A stretch of 64,000 bases of DNA. It comes from Chitinophagales bacterium. GTDB taxonomy: Bacteria; Bacteroidota; Bacteroidia; Chitinophagales; Chitinophagaceae. Location of the stretch: assembly GCA_051715485.1 (NCBI GenBank), contig JBPXJV010000011.1:732-64731 (forward strand), read 5' to 3'. Position numbers and translations under genes: made by a program. The notes under the pieces were generated by a model. The model was not told where the DNA came from and searched no databases. It worked only from the letters and a program-made list of their open reading frames with translations. Below are positions 1-10,006 of the stretch, in pieces. How positions within the stretch are numbered: the first letter of the stretch is position 1; every line of letters begins with the position of its first letter.

Positions 1-115
1 TTTTGTTTCAAAATATCAACTTTATTTACCCGATAAAAAATTATTACAAAAGAAAGTAACAGCAATATTGCATAGTAAGTGAAGAAAATACAATCATTTC
101 AATAATAAAATATAG

Positions 116-1390
116 ATGGAAGATATAGAAGTAAAAGTTACAGGCTTAGGTAAAGCATACAGAATAGGTGTTGCAGAAGAAAAAGAAAAAAATCTTATTA
201 CTACAATTTTTAAAATGTTGATAGCACCTATCAAAAATTTTAGAAAAATAAAATCATTAAATAGACTTCATGCAGATACAGAAGGGAAAGATGTTTTTTG
301 GGCAAATAGAAATATATCTTTTACAGTAAAGCAAGGAGAAGTTTTAGGCATTATTGGAAAAAATGGAGCAGGAAAAAGTACGCTACTTAAAATGCTTTCC
401 AGAATTACAGAACCCACAGAAGGAGAAATAGAATTATTTGGCAGAGTAGCCAGTTTGTTAGAAGTAGGCACAGGCTTTAATCCTGAACTAACAGGCAAAG
501 AAAATATTTTTTTAAATGGAACTATTCTTGGCTTAACCAAAAAAGAAATTGAAGAAAGGTATAACAGTATTGTAGAATTTTCAGGAATAGAAAAATTTAT
601 TGAAACACCTGTAAAACGTTATAGCAGTGGCATGAAAGTTCGTTTAGCATTTGCTGTTGCTGCACATTTAGACCCTGAAATTTTAATTATAGATGAAGTG
701 CTTGCTGTGGGTGATGCTGAATTTCAAAAAAAATGCTTAGGCAAAATGCAAGAAGTAGCAGGCAAAGAAGGAAGAACTGTTTTGTTTGTAAGCCATGATA
801 TGGCAGCTGTAAAAAAATTATGCAATAGAGCCATATTATTACAACAAGGAAGTATTGTTTATGAAGGCAGTGCTACAGACACAGTAGATTATTATTTACA
901 AAATGCTGCAAGTATTGCATCTCAAAAAACTATTGATGTAAGTAGTGCAAAAGGCAATAAAAAATTTGTGATTACTAATATTGAAATGCTAAATGAAGAA
1001 GGCAATATTGTGCAATTAGCAGAAAGTGGCAAAGACTTGCATTTAAAAATGTATTATGAAGTAAAAGAAAAAGGACCAGACCCAGTAGTAATAGTAAAAA
1101 TTAAAAATAATTTAGAACAAATTTTATTTACTTGCTTATCACGTAACTCTTACAATGGTATTATGCCATTAAATTATAAAGGAGTTATTACTTGTGTTAT
1201 TCCCAAACTACCTTTATTAAGTGGTTTATATTCTGTTGATATAACTTTAAAGTATGGGCATGATATAACTTTTGATGTAGAAAATATTTTTTCTTTTGAA
1301 GTAGAACGTGGCGATTTTTTTGGTACAGGAAAAATTAATTCAGATATGATGAATGGTATGATAATTTACCATAACTGGATAATAAATTAA
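116..1390 (+). CDS. wzt: Polysaccharide/O-antigen ABC exporter ATP-binding protein (Wzt/TagH type) with ~170-aa C-terminal extension
   Basis: Walker A GKNGAGKST, signature-like YSSGMKVRLAFA, Walker B ILIIDEVLAVGD, H-loop FVSHD. An extra domain follows the NBD. Paralogue of 52862..54106. Confidence 0.85.
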   Translation: MEDIEVKVTGLGKAYRIGVAEEKEKNLITTIFKMLIAPIKNFRKIKSLNRLHADTEGKDVFWANRNISFTVKQGEVLGIIGKNGAGKSTLLKMLSRITEPTEGEIELFGRVASLLEVGTGFNPELTGKENIFLNGTILGLTKKEIEERYNSIVEFSGIEKFIETPVKRYSSGMKVRLAFAVAAHLDPEILIIDEVLAVGDAEFQKKCLGKMQEVAGKEGRTVLFVSHDMAAVKKLCNRAILLQQGSIVYEGSATDTVDYYLQNAASIASQKTIDVSSAKGNKKFVITNIEMLNEEGNIVQLAESGKDLHLKMYYEVKEKGPDPVVIVKIKNNLEQILFTCLSRNSYNGIMPLNYKGVITCVIPKLPLLSGLYSVDITLKYGHDITFDVENIFSFEVERGDFFGTGKINSDMMNGMIIYHNWIIN

Positions 1391-1392
1391 AA

Positions 1393-2793
1393 ATGAAGAA
1401 AAATTTTCAACGTATTATAATTCCTATAACTGGGCAAGGTGCTATGGTACATATTGTAAGAAGCGGCTTGTTAGAAAATATTGCTCAGTTTGTTCAACCT
1501 GTTATTTTGCTTTATTGGAACGATAAGAATTTACAAAATGAATTAACACAAAATGGTTATGAAGTGCATCAAATGAAATTCATTCCACTTTCAGCTAAGT
1601 ACAACGATATTTATTACAAACTAAATCTTTGGTACTTAAACAAAGTGCTAAAATTTAATGGCATTAAAATAGAAGATAAGCTAAATCAGCATTATCAAAA
1701 CATTCAAAAAAAATTTATTAAAAAATTAAGAAACTATTACAATCTTTTTCTCATCAATTTTCCGTTTGTTGTCAAAAATTTTTTAAAAACAGAAGAACAA
1801 ATTTTTCAACAAGAAAAAATTTATACAGAGTACAATCAATGGATGAAAGAATTGAATATTGATGGATTATTTACAGTTACTCCTTTTTTAAAAGAAATTA
1901 ATTTTTTAGCCAGAGTTTTAAAAAATAATCAAAAAAAAATTTTAGCATCTGTACATTCATTTGATAATGTTACTAAAAGAGGCTGGCAACCTTGTATGTT
2001 TGATAAATACATTGTATGGAATAAATACAATAAAAACGAATTGCTGTATATTTTTAAGTCTTTGAAAGCAGAAGATGTTTTTATTGCTGGTGCTCCTCAA
2101 TTTGATTTTCATTACAATCCTCAATATATCATTCCCAAAAATGATTGGTTGAAAATGCTGAATATGCCTGCTGATAAAAAAATTATTTTATATGCAGGAG
2201 GAACTATAACACTTTTTCCTACAGAGCCTCAATATCCTAAGCATTTAAAAGATGCAATAGAACAAGGTTTGATAAGTAAAGATGTGGTTATTTTAATTCG
2301 TAACCATCCTTTAGATACAGTAGAAAGATGGAAAAAATTTATTGGAGAATCAGCAAATATTTTTTACTATGAACCACAACATGGAAAAGAAAAATTAGAT
2401 TACTCAAATGTTACTGACAATGATTTAAAAATGCTTGTATCTACTTTACACTATTGTGATGTGCATATAAACTTATGCTCTACTATGACCATAGATGGTA
2501 GTGTTTTTAACAAACCACAAATTGCACCTTATTATGATGATGTAAATAAAAAAGGTGAACCAGCATTAAGAGCTGTATATTATCAAGAACATTACAAACC
2601 TATTTTAAAATCTAATGTTATACAGCTTGTGAGCACAAAAGAAGAACTGATAAGTACTGTTAATGAGGCTTTGCAAACTCCTGAAAAATTTACGCAAAAT
2701 TGCCAAACCTGTATAAGTGAAATTATTACTTATACAGATGGAAATTCAACCAATAGAGTAACAACCATATTTAAGAACTTTTTTCTTTCATGA
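1393..2793 (+). CDS. Hypothetical protein, possibly a GT-B-like glycosyl/phosphotransferase; family not recognised
   Basis: 466-aa ORF starting 2 nt after the wzt stop, with its stop overlapping the next start (ATGA). Only vague GT-B-like patterns (GAPQFDFHY, ILYAGGT, STMTIDG). Confidence 0.35.
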   Translation: MKKNFQRIIIPITGQGAMVHIVRSGLLENIAQFVQPVILLYWNDKNLQNELTQNGYEVHQMKFIPLSAKYNDIYYKLNLWYLNKVLKFNGIKIEDKLNQHYQNIQKKFIKKLRNYYNLFLINFPFVVKNFLKTEEQIFQQEKIYTEYNQWMKELNIDGLFTVTPFLKEINFLARVLKNNQKKILASVHSFDNVTKRGWQPCMFDKYIVWNKYNKNELLYIFKSLKAEDVFIAGAPQFDFHYNPQYIIPKNDWLKMLNMPADKKIILYAGGTITLFPTEPQYPKHLKDAIEQGLISKDVVILIRNHPLDTVERWKKFIGESANIFYYEPQHGKEKLDYSNVTDNDLKMLVSTLHYCDVHINLCSTMTIDGSVFNKPQIAPYYDDVNKKGEPALRAVYYQEHYKPILKSNVIQLVSTKEELISTVNEALQTPEKFTQNCQTCISEIITYTDGNSTNRVTTIFKNFFLS

Positions 2794-4037
2794 AAATACT
2801 CCATGTTATAAGTAATTATTTTCCTGCTCATGGTGGTCCTCAATACACCATGAAACACTTAAGTGAAAAGATGACTGCTTGGTACAAAGATGAAGTGGAA
2901 GTAATAACAACCAACTCATATTATGGGCCAGAAATGAATATTTTTAAAAAAATAGAAAAAGAAAATGAAATTATTAATGGAGTTGTTGTTAAAAGATTTA
3001 CTTTTAGAAGATGGCATTACAAACTACTAACCTTAGCTAATAAGGTTTCTGGAAAGTTAAGAGGCAAATCTCTGCCTTACTCAATTATGAAAAAAAAATG
3101 GGCTTTAGATTGTAAAGCTATTGATAAAGAAATGAAAAACAGCAATGCTAATGTAATAATGGCTACAACTGCACATTATACTTTTTGCGATTATCCTTTT
3201 TGGCGAAGTAAAACTAAAAACCCCAAACCCTTTGTTTTATATGGTGCAATACATTTTCATGTAGATTGGGCTAAAGATTCTCCTTTTATAAAAAGAGCAT
3301 TGGCTTGTGATTGTTATATTGCTAATACAGATTTTGAAAGAGACAAATTGATAAATGATTATGGTGCAGATAAAAATAAAATAGTTTCTATAGGCACTGG
3401 AATTAATACAGATGATTATGTAGTAGAGGAAGAAAAAGTAAAAACATTTAAAAAACTACATCAAATTAAAGAAGATGAAATTTTAATAGCACATATAGGA
3501 AGATTATCTGAAGGAAAAGGAACTGGCACTTTGTTAGATGCTTTTGAAAAATTGTATGAAACAAATAAAAACGTAAAACTGTTATTGGCAGGAACTAAAA
3601 CTGAGTATGTTTCGTTCCTACAACAAAAAATACAAAAAAAAAACTTACCTGTTATATTAATAGAAAATTTTAGTGATGCAGAAAAAGCTATCATGTTCAA
3701 TGCTACTGATATTTTTGTATTAGCCTCTACAGGAGAGTCTTTTGGTGTTGTTTTTTTAGAAGCATGGAGTTGTAAAAAACCAGTAATTGGTACAAAAATG
3801 GGTGCTACTGCATCGTTAATTTCAGAAGGCAAAGATGGTTTTTTGTTTGAACCAAAAAATGCGTTAGATTTAAGTATTAAATTGAAAGAACTTGTTGCCA
3901 ATACAGCGTTGAGAACTTTTTTGGGCAATAATGGATATACAAAAATTCTGGAAAAATATACATGGGAAATTATTGTAAAAAAATACAAAGAAGCCTATCA
4001 ACTCGGTATTGATAATTTTTATACTTCTTTAAAATAA
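2790..4037 (+). CDS. Glycosyltransferase family 4 (GT-B)
   Basis: N-terminal MKILHV...GG and C-terminal ESFGVVFLEAWSCKKPVIGT...EG.DGFL motif typical of GT4/GT1 enzymes. Paralogue of 5676..6944. Confidence 0.8.
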   Translation: MKILHVISNYFPAHGGPQYTMKHLSEKMTAWYKDEVEVITTNSYYGPEMNIFKKIEKENEIINGVVVKRFTFRRWHYKLLTLANKVSGKLRGKSLPYSIMKKKWALDCKAIDKEMKNSNANVIMATTAHYTFCDYPFWRSKTKNPKPFVLYGAIHFHVDWAKDSPFIKRALACDCYIANTDFERDKLINDYGADKNKIVSIGTGINTDDYVVEEEKVKTFKKLHQIKEDEILIAHIGRLSEGKGTGTLLDAFEKLYETNKNVKLLLAGTKTEYVSFLQQKIQKKNLPVILIENFSDAEKAIMFNATDIFVLASTGESFGVVFLEAWSCKKPVIGTKMGATASLISEGKDGFLFEPKNALDLSIKLKELVANTALRTFLGNNGYTKILEKYTWEIIVKKYKEAYQLGIDNFYTSLK

Positions 4038-4073
4038 TTCTATTACATTTTCGTTACTTTTTAAAACTACTTT

Positions 4074-4952
4074 ATGTTTCAACAATTTAAAAAAATATCA
4101 TCCAAAATCAAAGCATATTTTTTTGCCCCTATTTACACCAAACTAACTATTCTTAATGATGCAATTCTTGACTCTCGGTTTGATGAGGTGAAGAAAAATA
4201 TATTACATGAAATGCCTGAGAATATGGTAAAATATGGACAAAAATGTTATAGTGCAGGAGAAGAAGATGGTATTATAGCAGCCATTTTCAATAAAATAAA
4301 ACCTGATGGAAAAGTATTTTTAGAAATTGGCAGTGGTTTTGGTTTAGAAAATAATACACACTTTATGTTGTTAAATGGTTGGAAAGGAACTTGGGTTGAT
4401 GGCAATAATCAATTTATTAAAACTGTCTCATCTAAATTAGGCGGTAGCACTTTTTCAAAACTTTTAATAAAAAATTGTTTTGTAGATAGTAATAATATTA
4501 AACAACTATTTTCTGAAACACTCGTTCATTTTAATACCAATGAAATTGACTTTTTTTCTATTGATATTGATGGAAACGATTATGCTGTTACAGAATCTAT
4601 GTTTTCTAAAGAAATATTCCCTAAAGTTATTTGTGTAGAGTATAATGGTAAGTATCCATATCCTTGCAAAGTAAAAGTACCACAAGTAGAAGCCTTTGTA
4701 TGGAATAATGATGATTACATGGGTGTTTCTTTGGGTGCATGGGTAAGTTTATTTAGCTCTTATCAATATACTTTATTATGTTGTGATGCCACAGGCAATA
4801 ATGCTTTTTTTATAAGAAACGAATTTGCTCAATTATTCAAATGCTATTCACCTGAACAATTATATCAACCAGCACGATATTATTTAGTAAGAAGGAGAAT
4901 AGGACACTCTGCTTCTTTAAAGTTTTTAAAAGATGTTTTGCATAATGATTAG
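4074..4952 (+). CDS. FkbM-like / SAM-dependent methyltransferase (tentative)
   Basis: EIGSGFGLENNT glycine-rich loop and IDFFSIDIDGNDY, resembling the FkbM-family IDxLKIDVEG motif. Confidence 0.45.
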   Translation: MFQQFKKISSKIKAYFFAPIYTKLTILNDAILDSRFDEVKKNILHEMPENMVKYGQKCYSAGEEDGIIAAIFNKIKPDGKVFLEIGSGFGLENNTHFMLLNGWKGTWVDGNNQFIKTVSSKLGGSTFSKLLIKNCFVDSNNIKQLFSETLVHFNTNEIDFFSIDIDGNDYAVTESMFSKEIFPKVICVEYNGKYPYPCKVKVPQVEAFVWNNDDYMGVSLGAWVSLFSSYQYTLLCCDATGNNAFFIRNEFAQLFKCYSPEQLYQPARYYLVRRRIGHSASLKFLKDVLHND

Positions 4953-5040
4953 CACCAAAAATGGGTATAGGAATAATTATAAAATCAATGAGAAGCCTTT
5001 CAGTTCGTACTAATAATTTTTTTAAAAAATAGTATAAACA

Positions 5041-5655
5041 ATGTTTAGAGAAGAAGCTGTTTGGATAGAACAAACTTTAACTAAAATAAAACCATTAAGC
5101 AATAATAATATTGTTGCCAATTTAGGTTCATCTACTGCATATTTTAGAAAAGTAATGCAACCACATATTCACAAACACATTATCATTCCCTTACAAAATA
5201 ATGGATGGAAAATTGTACATGTGGACTTTAAAAAAGATGAAGGAGTAGATATAGTTGCAGACCTTACCAAAGAAAATTTTTCTAATAATTTTCAACCAGC
5301 AGCTTTAACTATTTGTACCAATATGTTAGAGCATGTAGAAGATATTAATATGGCTGTAACAAATTTGGTTAAAGCAACTTGTAAAGGAGGTTATATACTT
5401 TTAACAGTGCCCTATAAATACAAAAAACATTTAGACCCAATAGATAATATGTTTAGACCAACACCAGATGAAATTGCTCAGTTGTTTAAACAATATACTA
5501 TCAATATTATTGATAAAAAAATTATCTATATTCAAGACAAAGAATATTATAAAGTCAAAAAATCTCGTTTTCCTATTTGGGGTTATAGAGATTTGATTGC
5601 TTATTATCTTGGCAAAAAACATGCAGTATCTGGTATCTTACTTCAAATAAACTAA
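5041..5655 (+). CDS. Class I SAM-dependent methyltransferase (Methyltransf_11-like)
   Basis: ANLGSS loop, VDIVADL acidic loop and NMLEHVED motif. Confidence 0.55.
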   Translation: MFREEAVWIEQTLTKIKPLSNNNIVANLGSSTAYFRKVMQPHIHKHIIIPLQNNGWKIVHVDFKKDEGVDIVADLTKENFSNNFQPAALTICTNMLEHVEDINMAVTNLVKATCKGGYILLTVPYKYKKHLDPIDNMFRPTPDEIAQLFKQYTINIIDKKIIYIQDKEYYKVKKSRFPIWGYRDLIAYYLGKKHAVSGILLQIN

Positions 5656-5675
5656 ATTAATTTTTACTTACTTCA

Positions 5676-6944
5676 ATGAAAATTTTGCATGTAGTTTTAA
5701 ATTACTATCCTTCTGTTGGTGGCACACAAGTTCTTTATAAAAACATTTCAGAGAATTGCATAAAACGATATAATGATGCAGTAAAAGTATTTACTGTAGA
5801 TTCTTATTATGGCTCTCATAGCAATCAGTATAAAGAAATTTTTCCTAAGCAAGAAACAATCAATGGCGTAAACATTAAGCGTTTTTCATTTTGTAGAAAA
5901 CATAAATATTGGTTTAGGTTACTAAATAAAATAATGATAAAAATGTTGGGCAAATCATCGCCATTGTTAAATCGTTATATAACTGGTCCTTGGTCTTCTT
6001 CTTTAATGAAAGCAATGTATCAAACAGATGCAGATGTTATTTCAGCTTCTTCATTGGGTTTTTATTATATGCACTATCCATTATTTAGGCATACATTAAA
6101 AAATCCTAAGCCTTTTGTTTTTCAGGGTGCTATTCATTTTCCTTACAATAAAGAAGAACATGGCATTCCTGCAAAAATGTTAGAAGCAATCAAAGCATCT
6201 GACTATTATTTGTGTAATACAGAATATGAAAAAAATAGATTAATACAATTAGGCGTTAATGAAGAAATGCTGGTAATAACAGGCTCTGCAGTTGATGTTG
6301 AAAAATTTAGTAAAGGCAATGGGGCAGATATGAGAAATCATTTACAATTAAATGATGATGATATTTTAATTAGTTATATAGGAAGATTAGAAGCTACTAA
6401 AAGTATAATAGTTTTAATTGATGCTTTTGTACAAGCATATCAAAAAAACAATCAATTAAAATTAGTTATTGCTGGTTTTACTACTGATTATGTACAAAAG
6501 ATTAAAGCACATATTTCAAATTTGTCAGAAGCGTATCAACAAAATATTTTTATTGTATTAAACCTTGAAGAAACAGAAAAAATAAATCTGTATCATGCAA
6601 CAGATATGCTTGTGCTGCCATCAGTAAACGAATCTTTTGGAATGGTTTTTTTAGAAGCATGGAGTTGTAAAAAGCCTGTAATTGGTACTAATATTGGTGC
6701 AATAAAATCTGTGATTGATGAAGGTAAAAATGGCTTATTAATGCAACCAGAAAATGCTAATGATTTAGCAGATAAAATAGTATTATTAGCCAATAACAAA
6801 GAGCTAAGAATAGCAATGGGGCTTGATGGATACAATAAAACTTGTAATAATTTTACTTGGGAAATTGTTACAGAAAAAATGAGAAATACTTATATACAAG
6901 CTATTCAAAAGTTTAATACAAAATATTCACAAAGAGTAAATTAA
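5676..6944 (+). CDS. Glycosyltransferase family 4
   Basis: ESFGMVFLEAWSCKKPVIGT...EGKNGLL. Shares MKILHV, NPKPFV and GAIHF strings with 2790..4037. Confidence 0.8.
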   Translation: MKILHVVLNYYPSVGGTQVLYKNISENCIKRYNDAVKVFTVDSYYGSHSNQYKEIFPKQETINGVNIKRFSFCRKHKYWFRLLNKIMIKMLGKSSPLLNRYITGPWSSSLMKAMYQTDADVISASSLGFYYMHYPLFRHTLKNPKPFVFQGAIHFPYNKEEHGIPAKMLEAIKASDYYLCNTEYEKNRLIQLGVNEEMLVITGSAVDVEKFSKGNGADMRNHLQLNDDDILISYIGRLEATKSIIVLIDAFVQAYQKNNQLKLVIAGFTTDYVQKIKAHISNLSEAYQQNIFIVLNLEETEKINLYHATDMLVLPSVNESFGMVFLEAWSCKKPVIGTNIGAIKSVIDEGKNGLLMQPENANDLADKIVLLANNKELRIAMGLDGYNKTCNNFTWEIVTEKMRNTYIQAIQKFNTKYSQRVN

Positions 6945-6959
6945 TTTTTATTACAAATT

Positions 6960-8813
6960 ATGTGTGGCATTGCAGGAATAATTCATTATAAAAATAATGC
7001 AGAAAATGATACTTCATTTTTAAATGAATGTATTAAAACCATGCACCACAGAGGCCCTGACTCTAATGGCATTTGGAGTAATGATAAAAATTATTCAACA
7101 GCATTTGTAAGATTAGCTATTAGAGATTTATCAGCAAATGGTAATCAACCAATGCACTCTGCTTGTGGTAGATATGTAATTACCTTTAATGGAGAAATTT
7201 ATAACACCAATGACTTTAAACCCACTTTATTAAAAGATGGTATTAAGTTCAAATCAACAACTGACACAGAAGTTTTATTGTATGCCTTAATAAAATGGGG
7301 CGAAAAAATTATTGAAAAAATAAACGGAATTTTTGCTTTTGCATTTTATGACAAACAGGAAAATACTTTATTACTTGGAAGAGATAGATTAGGTGTAAAG
7401 CCTTTGTATATTGGTGTTAACAGCAATGGACTAATATATAGCTCTCAATACAATCACATAATTAATCATACTTACTTTAATAATAATGGTATTGATGTAA
7501 AAGCATTGCATGGTTATTTTTGTTTTGGTTATGTACCAGAAGGAGAGGGCTTAATAAAAGAAACATTTTTATTGCAACATGGTCATTACATTGTTGTAAA
7601 AAATAATCAATACACTATTAAAAAGTATTATGATTATCCTGTAACTACACACAACACAACATTTGATATAGAAAATATTGTACAAAAATGTGTTGAACAA
7701 CAGTTAGTAAGTGATGTGCCATTAGGAACATTTATGAGTGGTGGAGTTGATAGTACATTGGTTACTTATGCTGCTACTAAAGTAGGAGATGTACAATCAT
7801 TTACCATAGGTGTTGATGATGCACATTTAAACGAGTCTGATACTGCTGAACAATTTGCCCACATTTTCAAAACCAAACATCATACACAGTTTATAACTGA
7901 AGATACTTTGCTGCATACTATACAAGATAATATTGCAGCTTTTAGTGAACCCTTTGCAGACCCTTCTTCAATTCCAACTTTAGTACTTTCAAAATTTGTA
8001 AGAAATAAGGTTACAGTTGCATTAAGTGGTGATGGAGGAGATGAACTTTTTTGGGGCTATCCAAGAAATAAAACTGTATTGGCTGATAATACATTACTAC
8101 AAAAAAATAAATTATTTCTTTCTGCAAAATATTTAACAGAAAAATTTTTAAGCAAAGAAAGAACAATTGCTCAAAGACATTTACAATCAAATGGGTTAAT
8201 AGATTATTATTATAAAAGATTGTTTATTGCAGGTGCATCTGTATATGCAAAAGATATTTTGAAAGATTTTACAATGCCTAAACCATATTTTGTAAAAGAG
8301 ATGCTACAAAATACTTTTGATTTTAATAATAATGTAGAGGTAATGAATATTGTCAGAAAATTAGAAGTTGATTTGCACTTACAAAGAATTTTAATTAAGG
8401 TTGATAGAGCAAGTATGTTTCATAGCCTTGAGGTTAGAGTTCCATTATTAGATAATGATATGATAGATTTCAGTACTGCTATGACTTTTAAAGAATGTCT
8501 TATCAATAATACTGGAAAAGCAAACCTTAAAAAACTGCTTGCAAGCAAAACAAATGACGATTTGGTATATAAGCCTAAAAAAGGTTTTGATATACCTATG
8601 AATAAATGGTTGAAAGAAACTTTGTATAAAGATGTGGAAGAAAAATTATACAACTTACCAACTGAATTAAAAATTTATTTTAAAGAAGTCGGCATAAAAA
8701 AAATATTACAAGAACATAAAACAGGCATAAGAGAACATACTTGGCTTATTTGGGCTTTATATACATTAACACTTTGGTACACCACACATTTTAATAAAAA
8801 ATCTAAATTGTAA
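6960..8813 (+). CDS. asnB: Asparagine synthase (glutamine-hydrolysing), polysaccharide-locus type (WbpS-like amidotransferase)
   Basis: N-terminal MCGIAGI (Cys2 Ntn nucleophile), PP-loop SGGVDST, 617 aa. Confidence 0.85.
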   Translation: MCGIAGIIHYKNNAENDTSFLNECIKTMHHRGPDSNGIWSNDKNYSTAFVRLAIRDLSANGNQPMHSACGRYVITFNGEIYNTNDFKPTLLKDGIKFKSTTDTEVLLYALIKWGEKIIEKINGIFAFAFYDKQENTLLLGRDRLGVKPLYIGVNSNGLIYSSQYNHIINHTYFNNNGIDVKALHGYFCFGYVPEGEGLIKETFLLQHGHYIVVKNNQYTIKKYYDYPVTTHNTTFDIENIVQKCVEQQLVSDVPLGTFMSGGVDSTLVTYAATKVGDVQSFTIGVDDAHLNESDTAEQFAHIFKTKHHTQFITEDTLLHTIQDNIAAFSEPFADPSSIPTLVLSKFVRNKVTVALSGDGGDELFWGYPRNKTVLADNTLLQKNKLFLSAKYLTEKFLSKERTIAQRHLQSNGLIDYYYKRLFIAGASVYAKDILKDFTMPKPYFVKEMLQNTFDFNNNVEVMNIVRKLEVDLHLQRILIKVDRASMFHSLEVRVPLLDNDMIDFSTAMTFKECLINNTGKANLKKLLASKTNDDLVYKPKKGFDIPMNKWLKETLYKDVEEKLYNLPTELKIYFKEVGIKKILQEHKTGIREHTWLIWALYTLTLWYTTHFNKKSKL

Positions 8814-8818
8814 TTGAG

Positions 8819-9994
8819 TTGAACATTGCCATTGTTACCAATAGTTTTCCTACCAACAGCGAAACATTTATTATTAATAAAGTACTTGCTTTAGCCAATG
8901 CAGGTAATCATGTAACTGTTATAAGACTTGCTGCTTCTGGTAGTAATGACTTGATGAAGCTATACAACTTTAAAAACAATTCAAACATTACTATTAAAGA
9001 TGCACTTGTACCTTCTACTACAAAAGAGTTAATCAAATTTATTGCTGCCAATCCTATTACTTTTCTCACATCTTTTTCAACTGATAAGAAAAAGCTATAT
9101 CATAACCTTAGAAAAAATATTTTATTAAAACAATTCAACAACAATTTTGATATTGTGCATTTTGAATTTTCTGGAATTGCAGTTGGCTTTTTAGATATTA
9201 TTCCAAACATAAAAGCTAAGACTGTAATGAGTTGTAGAGGTTCAGCAGAAAAAGTAAAACTTCTTACAGAACCACATAGAGCAAAAAATCTTGAAAAAAC
9301 TTTACATGTTATTGATGCAGTTCATTGTGTTAGTGAAGATATGAAGCAAACCATACTACCTTATTGCAACAATACAGAAAAAATATTTGTAAACAGACCG
9401 GCTATTGATGCAAACTTTTTTTCTCCAAAAAATAAAACAAAAAATAATGCTGTAACAAATATCTTATCAATCGGAAGATTTACTTTTCAAAAGGGATATT
9501 TAATTGGTTTGTTGGCAATTAAAAAATTAGTACAAAAAGGTTATAACATTACGTGGAATATTATTGGTGATGGAATACAAGAAGAAGAAATTATTTTTCA
9601 TATTCATACTTTACAACTTCAAAATAATATTGTGCTATTAGGCAAAAAAAATAAAGATGAAGTAAATGAATATTTAAGCAATACAGATATTTTCTTTTTA
9701 ACCAGTGTATATGAGGGTATTCCAAATGTTGTATTAGAAGCAATGGCAATGGAGTTGCCAGTTGTTACAACAAAAAGTGGTGGTGTAGATGAAGTAATAG
9801 AATCTGGTGTAGATGGCTTCATTGCTCCATTATATGATATTGAACAACTTGCTTCTTTGTTAGAAAAATTAATAACTGATAAAACTTTATTAGATAATAT
9901 TTGTAAAGCTGCTCGTAAAAAAATTATTAAAGAATATACACTACAAAGACAACTTGAAGTTTTTGTAACTGAATATCAAAAATTACTCAGCTAA
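8819..9994 (+). CDS. Glycosyltransferase family 4
   Basis: TTG start. YEGIPNVVLEAMAMELPVVTTKSGG..E.I..GVDGF motif. Confidence 0.75.
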   Translation: MNIAIVTNSFPTNSETFIINKVLALANAGNHVTVIRLAASGSNDLMKLYNFKNNSNITIKDALVPSTTKELIKFIAANPITFLTSFSTDKKKLYHNLRKNILLKQFNNNFDIVHFEFSGIAVGFLDIIPNIKAKTVMSCRGSAEKVKLLTEPHRAKNLEKTLHVIDAVHCVSEDMKQTILPYCNNTEKIFVNRPAIDANFFSPKNKTKNNAVTNILSIGRFTFQKGYLIGLLAIKKLVQKGYNITWNIIGDGIQEEEIIFHIHTLQLQNNIVLLGKKNKDEVNEYLSNTDIFFLTSVYEGIPNVVLEAMAMELPVVTTKSGGVDEVIESGVDGFIAPLYDIEQLASLLEKLITDKTLLDNICKAARKKIIKEYTLQRQLEVFVTEYQKLLS

Positions 9995-10006
9995 TTTTAA
10001 GAAATA

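Noticed and set aside
268-540. Antisense ORFs nested in long sense genes. The set comprises 268-540, 3461-3988, 5431-5622, 6593-6835, 8420-8653, 9619-9822, 10624-10839, 17248-17472, 19418-19606, 21580-21768, 28379-28657, 32678-33142, 34371-34694, 39086-39295, 41667-41876, 42721-42915, 44262-44531, 47721-48110, 57806-58048, 62077-62262 and 62687-62869.
   Set aside because: Each lies wholly inside a longer ORF on the opposite strand that has clear family motifs. Their translations are low-complexity or hydrophobic, as expected from antisense reading of AT-rich genes.
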